NCBI GenBank assembly: GCA_951406725.2
Contig: OX597822.1
Span: 105,338,001-105,402,000 of the forward strand
Length of the DNA: 64,000 bases
Source of the DNA: Octopus vulgaris
Lineage: Eukaryota
Direction: 5' to 3'
This document shows, piece after piece, positions 58,160 to 64,000 of this stretch (position 1 is its first letter; each line of letters begins with the position of its first letter). Both the position numbers and the translations under genes were made by a program. The notes below the pieces were generated by a model. It had not been told where the DNA came from. It made no database searches and saw only the letters and a list, made by a program, of their open reading frames with translations.

Positions 58160-58440
58160 TTCCAGCAGACAAAATGGATAAGGCGTTGCCCCTAGAGGAT
58201 GGCGAGGAAGCTGCACTGGAACATCCAATCTGACTCACGGGGCCACAATTGCGGACAGCCATCTTCACTCCAATAGCGGTGAGGAGAGTTATGATCTGGG
58301 GACGTCAAGAACGCCGGTGGTCTCCACTTTCACAGGCTTGACCAAGAACCTGTCAGGAGAGTGACCGATACCGTGACAGCTTGCTTTACCTCAGCCTCAC
58401 TAGTAGCGAAGCCAGCGCTGGTAGCAGAACACACCAAGAA
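58160..58440 (-). pseudogene. CRE-like non-LTR retrotransposon restriction-like endonuclease C-terminus
   Basis: Frameshifted translation gives SATSAGFATSEAEVK, DRFLVKPVKVETTGVL, PRESDWMFQ and RGNALSILSAG, matching the AExxKxxKY / PVAVETxG / RGNA motifs. Confidence 0.72.
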
Positions 58441-58949
58441 GGGTAAATATTTAAGGATGAGAATGCAAAAAATAAATAAATAAAGTTTATTAATTAACCA
58501 GCTGTTGTGCTTGCTACGTCCACTTCAAAGAAAACTAATGACATATTCTCACACCTTCAACATGGCAGGGTACTAAATTCTGTCACTCTGCAGGCTTAAT
58601 TTTAGACATATAGTATCACTTCTACGATCTTTATTCGTGTTCTTTTTCAAGCCATTAAGAAAGGCTATTAAACCAACAAATTTACTTGAACACGCACGCA
58701 TATATACATTTACACTTATTCACACTACTACACATACATATGTATGTACATACATATGTATGTACATACATCTATTTTCCCAAATATACACACGACACCT
58801 TTCCTCTCATTAATGCTTACACGTATGTACCAACGTATTTATGGAACCTACAAACACACATCCTAGTAATCGTTATATTTATTTAAATTTATTTCAAATT
58901 TATGAATCTTTGTTGGAATCGGTTGTCGCAGTATATATAAAGCTATAAA

Positions 58950-59428
58950 TAAAATATAAATAAATGCGCCCTTTTATAAAGCCTAGCCAGGCTCATGGGC
59001 CCGGTTTCCCGGTTTCAAAGGCGTATGCGTTCCCCAGCTTGACGGGATGCCAGTCCATCGCAGCGTTACTCATTTTTGCCAGCTGAGTGGACTGGAGCAA
59101 CGTGAAATGAAGTGTTTGCCCGGTCCAGAAATGGAAACCACAATCTTACGATTATGCTGCTGACATAAAATATAAATAAATGCGCCCTTTTAAAGCCTAG
59201 CCAGGCTCATGGGCCCTGTTTCCCGGTTTCTATGGCGTATGCGTTCCCCAGCTGGACAGGATGCCAGTCCATTGCAGCGTTACTCATTTTTGCCAGCTGA
59301 GTGGACTGGAGCAACGGGAAATGAAGTGTTTCGCTCAAGAACACAACACGTCGCCCGGTCCTGGAATCGAAACCACAATCTTACGATCATGGTGCTGATA
59401 CCCTAACCAATAAGCCACGCGCCTCCAC
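58950..59428 (-). mobile_element. tRNA-derived SINE D: full copy plus partial tandem copy
   Basis: The full copy is at 59167-59428 and a 5'-truncated copy is at 58950-59160. The central GCTGCRATGGACTGGCATCC motif resembles V/Meta-type SINE core domains (unchecked). Confidence 0.82.
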
Positions 59429-59637
59429 AAAGTTATAAATAATTGCAGGTAAATATTGGGTGGAAAAAGCCTGTTGAACAGAAAAGTTTGAAGAGCAGTT
59501 TTCTATTCAGTAATTACCTGTTATTATATATAGCTTTGATGTACTTCGAGAACCATTGCGAATAAAGAAATTATTCCACGTTCTCTTGAAAGTTTATACA
59601 TTCTTATGACGCCAATAATTATCATTTATGCTTAAAA

Positions 59638-59970
59638 ACTCCCTTCAGTCATGAATGACCATGGGATTGCACTTAGAAAGTTCTCCCCCCACCCGAAGCA
59701 CAAGTCCGAGCAAGGTTGTTTAGGGAAAGCCAGTAGTGACCTGTACATACCAGTCTCCCCTGTCTAGGCCACCGATGTTGTCCAGGGGGAAGGCAAGGCC
59801 GATTCCGGTTGACACCAGTGACGTCGTTACTCATTTCTACAGCTGAGTGAACTGAAGCAACGTGAAATAAAGAGTCTTGCTTAAGGACACAACACACAAC
59901 CCGGTCTGGGAATCAAACTCACTACTTCATGATTGTGAGCCCGACACTCTAACCACTAAGCCACGCGCCT
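59638..59970 (-). mobile_element. tRNA-derived SINE E
   Basis: Head GGCGCGTGGCTTAGTGG..GAGTTTGATTCCC. Shares CACTCAGCTG..AAATGAGTAACG with SINE D, then diverges. Confidence 0.78.
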
Positions 59971-60018
59971 TCTAGCCGCGTGTCCTAGGACTGTTCTATA
60001 AATAATACACCTTATTCT

Positions 60019-60055
<37 letters not shown>

Positions 60056-60132
60056 CATTTATGTGTTTGTGTGTTTGGCGTGAGAGAGTGAGAGATATAT
60101 ATATATAGATAGAGAGATATATATATATATAT

Positions 60133-60485
60133 ACGTGATTTGATCTGAGATCGTGTGCTAAACGAAAACAATTGCCGCGTGAAGGTGTTTGTAAGCCATT
60201 TAAGAAAACACAAAAGTCCGTTCGATTCACTTCAACATTTAAGATTAATATGTCAAAATATTTTCGTCGCTAAAATCCGCGACGTGTTCACTGACAAAAA
60301 TCCCTGCTGCATCTGCTGATTTTTGTCAGTGAACATGTCGCGGATTTTGCGACGAAAATATTTTGACAAATTAAACTTAAATGTTGAAGTGAATCGAACG
60401 GCTTTTGTGTTTCTAAATGGCTTACAAACACCTTCCACGCTGCAATTGTTTTCGTTTCAGCACACGATCTCAGATCAAATCACGT
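60133..60485. mobile_element. Head-to-head palindromic element (~170 bp arms), putative PLE pLTR remnant
   Basis: 60133-60302 is an imperfect reverse complement of 60318-60485. The left end abuts (TA)n and each arm holds a variant hammerhead. Confidence 0.78.
60322..60370 (+). ncRNA. Variant hammerhead with G3-C8 swapped core
   Basis: UUUGUCA-GUGAACA-U-GUCGC(GGAUUUU)GCGAC-GAAA-AUAU-UU^-UGACAAA. Helix I is 7 bp, helix II is 5 bp and helix III is the palindrome AAUAUU. An inverted copy lies at about 60249-60298 on the minus strand. Confidence 0.72.
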
Positions 60486-60497
60486 GCTATGCAAGTA

Positions 60498-60537
<40 letters not shown>

Positions 60538-60699
60538 AACACACACACATAAATGTAATTATGTGGCAAAGCTTGAATAAGTAGAAAAGCACTCAATCAG
60601 CTAAGAGAGTCAAGGTAATGTTTGGGGCTCGAACCCAAACAAGCTAGGCGTCTGTAAGACTCCTACGAGTGTTAAAGGAACATGGAACGGATACATACC

Positions 60700-60915
60700 T
60701 ATTTCTTTACTGCCCACAAGGGACTAAACATAGAGGGGACAAACAAGGACAGACAAAGGGATTAAGTCGATTATATCGACCCCAGTGCGTAACTGGTACT
60801 TAATTTATCGACCCCGAAAGGATGAAAGGCAAAGTCGACCTCGGCGGAATTTGAGCTCAGAAATACCGCTAAGCATTTTGCCCGGCGTGCTAACGGTTCT
60901 GCCAGCTCGACGCCT
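60700..60915 (-). mobile_element. SINE C
   Basis: Match with an internal deletion. Confidence 0.87.
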
Positions 60916-61830
60916 TAAAACACCGTTTTATATAAACATATGTAACTCTTACTAAAAGTATTGAGTGCCTCTTTCTTTTGTTTGTCCTCTGTCTCGTATA
61001 TATATATATATTTATATATATGCATATGCATGCGCACACAAACGTGTAAAAAGTAAAGAAGAGAATAGAAAACGAAATACTTTACTTAATATTTAAATAC
61101 ACAGTTTCATTCCACATTTCATTACTGGTTAATTTAAGATATTCCCTAATGTAGAATCTCCTTTTCACGTACTATACAAATGTGAATTTTACAAACAGGC
61201 GCCATGTAATCGTCTTGCAGCAGCAACATCTGATGGCTGCTGTATAAGAACGGATACAATCTCTTAAAGTGACCCTTAACTATATATATTATCTTTCACT
61301 ATATCATCTCTGATAATGAATCATCGAATCTACGAACGAAATTCGTGAAATCGTTGTCTCCACTTCCTTATCTCTCCCACACCAATCGTCCAATCATCTC
61401 CATCTCACCCATTCCCGCTCTATTGTACTTATGTGCACGTGACACTTGGGATTATATTAGATTCTCCCAAGGCAGTGATTAAGTATAAATGCAATTGTCA
61501 TTTAATAATGCATGCTTACATACAATCGTATAAAATGTGGGATAGAAATACGTCGTATGTAGCATATTAAAAGTTCTGGTGGAAAAGTCACGCAGGTCTT
61601 AAATGGAATTTATTAGCAACTAAAACCACTGTGTTTAACAATGTAGCTGTAAAATTTGATATCACAGTTTATGAAACATTTACAACTGACTCTCAGCTAT
61701 ATATGAATATTACTTTTAATTGAAGACAGAGAGCGGTCTTGTAGTAGTACAAGAAGCTGCCGACAAACCGATGATGCTCAGTTGAAACCGAATCATTAAA
61801 CTTTATAAATGTGTACGTACATATATAAAT

Positions 61831-61909
<79 letters not shown>

Positions 61910-62332
61910 TACACATGCGCGCACCACACGCCCAAGTATGACTGCAATCTAATGAATTACACAGTTAGTAGATGATATATATCACTAGAAAAATCCGAAT
62001 TTAATTCCCCACTCCAACATGGCGAAGATGAGATTGTGTGTGTATGATTTGTATGCTAACATTACGATACAAATCTTGATTATTATCATCGTCATCGTCA
62101 TCGTCGTTGTTGTCGCCATTGTTTTCCTCGTCATGATATTATTAAAAATTGAAAATGGCAGAATATTTAACACGCTGGGCAAATTCCTTATCGATATTTC
62201 ACCGTCCTTTACGCTCTGAGTTCAAATTCCATCAACTTTCATTTTCATGATCTATATAATACGTGCCAGTTGAAGAATAGGGTCGATGTACTACTAGTCT
62301 CCCCTCGGCACTTTTCAGGCTTTGTTCCCATA

Positions 62333-62575
62333 CTCTTTTACTTGTTTCAGTCATTTGACTGTGGCCATGCCGGAGCACCGCCTGTTTTAGCCGAGCAAAT
62401 CGACCATAGGACTTATTCTTTGTAAGCCTAGAACTTATTCTGTCGGTCTCTTTTGCCGAACCGCTAAGTTACGGGTACGTAAACACACCAGCGTCTGTTG
62501 TCAAGCGATGTTGGGGGGTCAAACACAAACACACAAACATATACACACACACACACACACACATTCACACACACA

Positions 62576-62665
<90 letters not shown>

Positions 62666-62833
62666 TATACGACGGGCTTCTGTCAATTTCCGTCTACCAA
62701 ATCCACTCACAGGGGTTTGGTCGGCCCGAGGCTATAGTAGAGGAAACTAGCCCAAGGTGCCACTCAGTGGGACTGGACGCGGAACCGTGTGGTTCGTAAG
62801 CAAGCTACTTACCACGCAGCCACTTCCACGCCT
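62333..62833 (-). mobile_element. SINE B
   Basis: Full length, with a long internal (CA)n. Confidence 0.88.
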
Positions 62834-63173
62834 ATAGTAGAAAGGGTTATTATTTTGTTGTTACAATTGTAATACTGTGAGATGCCGACGGAATCTTTAG
62901 CCCGTAGGACAAAATACATTGCGGCATTCCTCCCGGCTCTTTACGCTCTGAATTCAAAGCCTTCGTACCAGACCGTTCTTTTTACCCGTTCGGGGTTGGT
63001 AAATTAAAGTCGTTGCCAATTATCAGTGTCAATTTCTCTGCAAAGTTGGTGGACTAGAGCTTCTATGTGAAACCATTATTGTTGCTGCTCTTGTTTCTAC
63101 CGCGTCTTGTGCTGCTGTTGATGTTACTATTATTTGAATGAATGGGTTCTTCTGCCTAGTTTTACCATGAAGC

Positions 63174-63383
63174 TTAAGCATTCAGGTTATTCTATCAAGC
63201 GTAATACTTTTTTATTCATTTTCTTTTGAATTATTTCATAGCTTCAATATGTTGATGATGGGATTGTTTATATTAAGAATGACATGACAGGGTAGGTGTG
63301 AGAGGCTGGATCTGGTTATTTTTAACATAAAACAAGTAAAATATTCGGGCTGTATATGTCCGGTTTATGTGTTAAAGGGTTAA
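63174..63383. mobile_element. Decayed piggyBac-like MITE
   Basis: The right end reads AAAGGG|TTAA. The left end is degenerate. Confidence 0.35.
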
Positions 63384-63786
63384 TGCAAATGAAATTTGTC
63401 ATGCCATTTTGGCAATAAAATAACGTTGACTGCTTATCAGTCCCGTTAAACTGCAGTATAAAATAACACTTACTCTTGTAAATATTTCACATATTTTACA
63501 TTTATAAATATTGTTTAATTGAGATTTTATGTTTGCGTCTGTTGGTGGGGGAGCGTGAAGATAGACGACACGCAAACATTGCAACAGAAACTACTCTTGT
63601 TAATAATTTGCAAAACCTTGCTAATTAAAAAAAGAAAGTGTATCGAAATTAGAAACAGAAGCAATATCAGTTACACAGGTTCACGCTTTTATAGTCAGAG
63701 GTATTGAAAACAAAATCTGTAACACCAGCGGCACCTAATTTGCAAAGATCACTAGTCAAAAAGCTAACTGAAATTAAGGGAATAAA

Positions 63787-64000
63787 AGGCGACAAGCTGG
63801 CAGAAACGTTAGCACGCCGGGCGAAATGCTTAGCAGTATTTCGTCTGCCGTTACGTTCTGAGTTCAAATTCCGCCGAGGTCGACTTTGCCTTTCATCCTT
63901 TCGAAGTCGATAAATTAAGTACCAGTTACGCACTGGAGTCGATGTAATCGACTTAATCCGATTGTCTGTCCTTGTTTATCCCCTCTATGTTTAGTCCCTT
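63787..64000 (+). mobile_element. SINE C, runs off window end
   Basis: Match to family C. Confidence 0.88.

Overview
This 64 kb window is AT-rich, microsatellite-saturated eukaryotic non-coding DNA. The repeat landscape suggests an octopus/coleoid cephalopod intron or intergenic region; this is inferred from the SINE families and was not checked against a database. I found no intact protein-coding gene, and nearly all supplied ORFs are microsatellite or SINE read-throughs. The window holds about five tRNA-derived SINE families (many copies, some with clear TSDs), a Merlin-like MITE with internal TTAGGG repeats, a Helitron 3' end, and decayed fragments of two Tc1/mariner transposases and of L1/Tx1, RTE, R4/Dong, HERO and CRE non-LTR retrotransposons. 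The main hidden signal is about 10 short ORF-less inserts, mostly unrelated in sequence, lying in or against (TA)n tracts and carrying type I hammerhead ribozyme folds. These include canonical cores at 46907, 49782 and 51324/50999, a G3-C8 covariant core at 60322, and CCGANGA cores at 15335 and 50263. Four inserts are head-to-head palindromes with one hammerhead per arm. I interpret them as Penelope-like element pseudo-LTR remnants or non-autonomous ribozyme retroelements that target (TA)n. All folds were read by eye, and coordinates of degenerate repeats are approximate.
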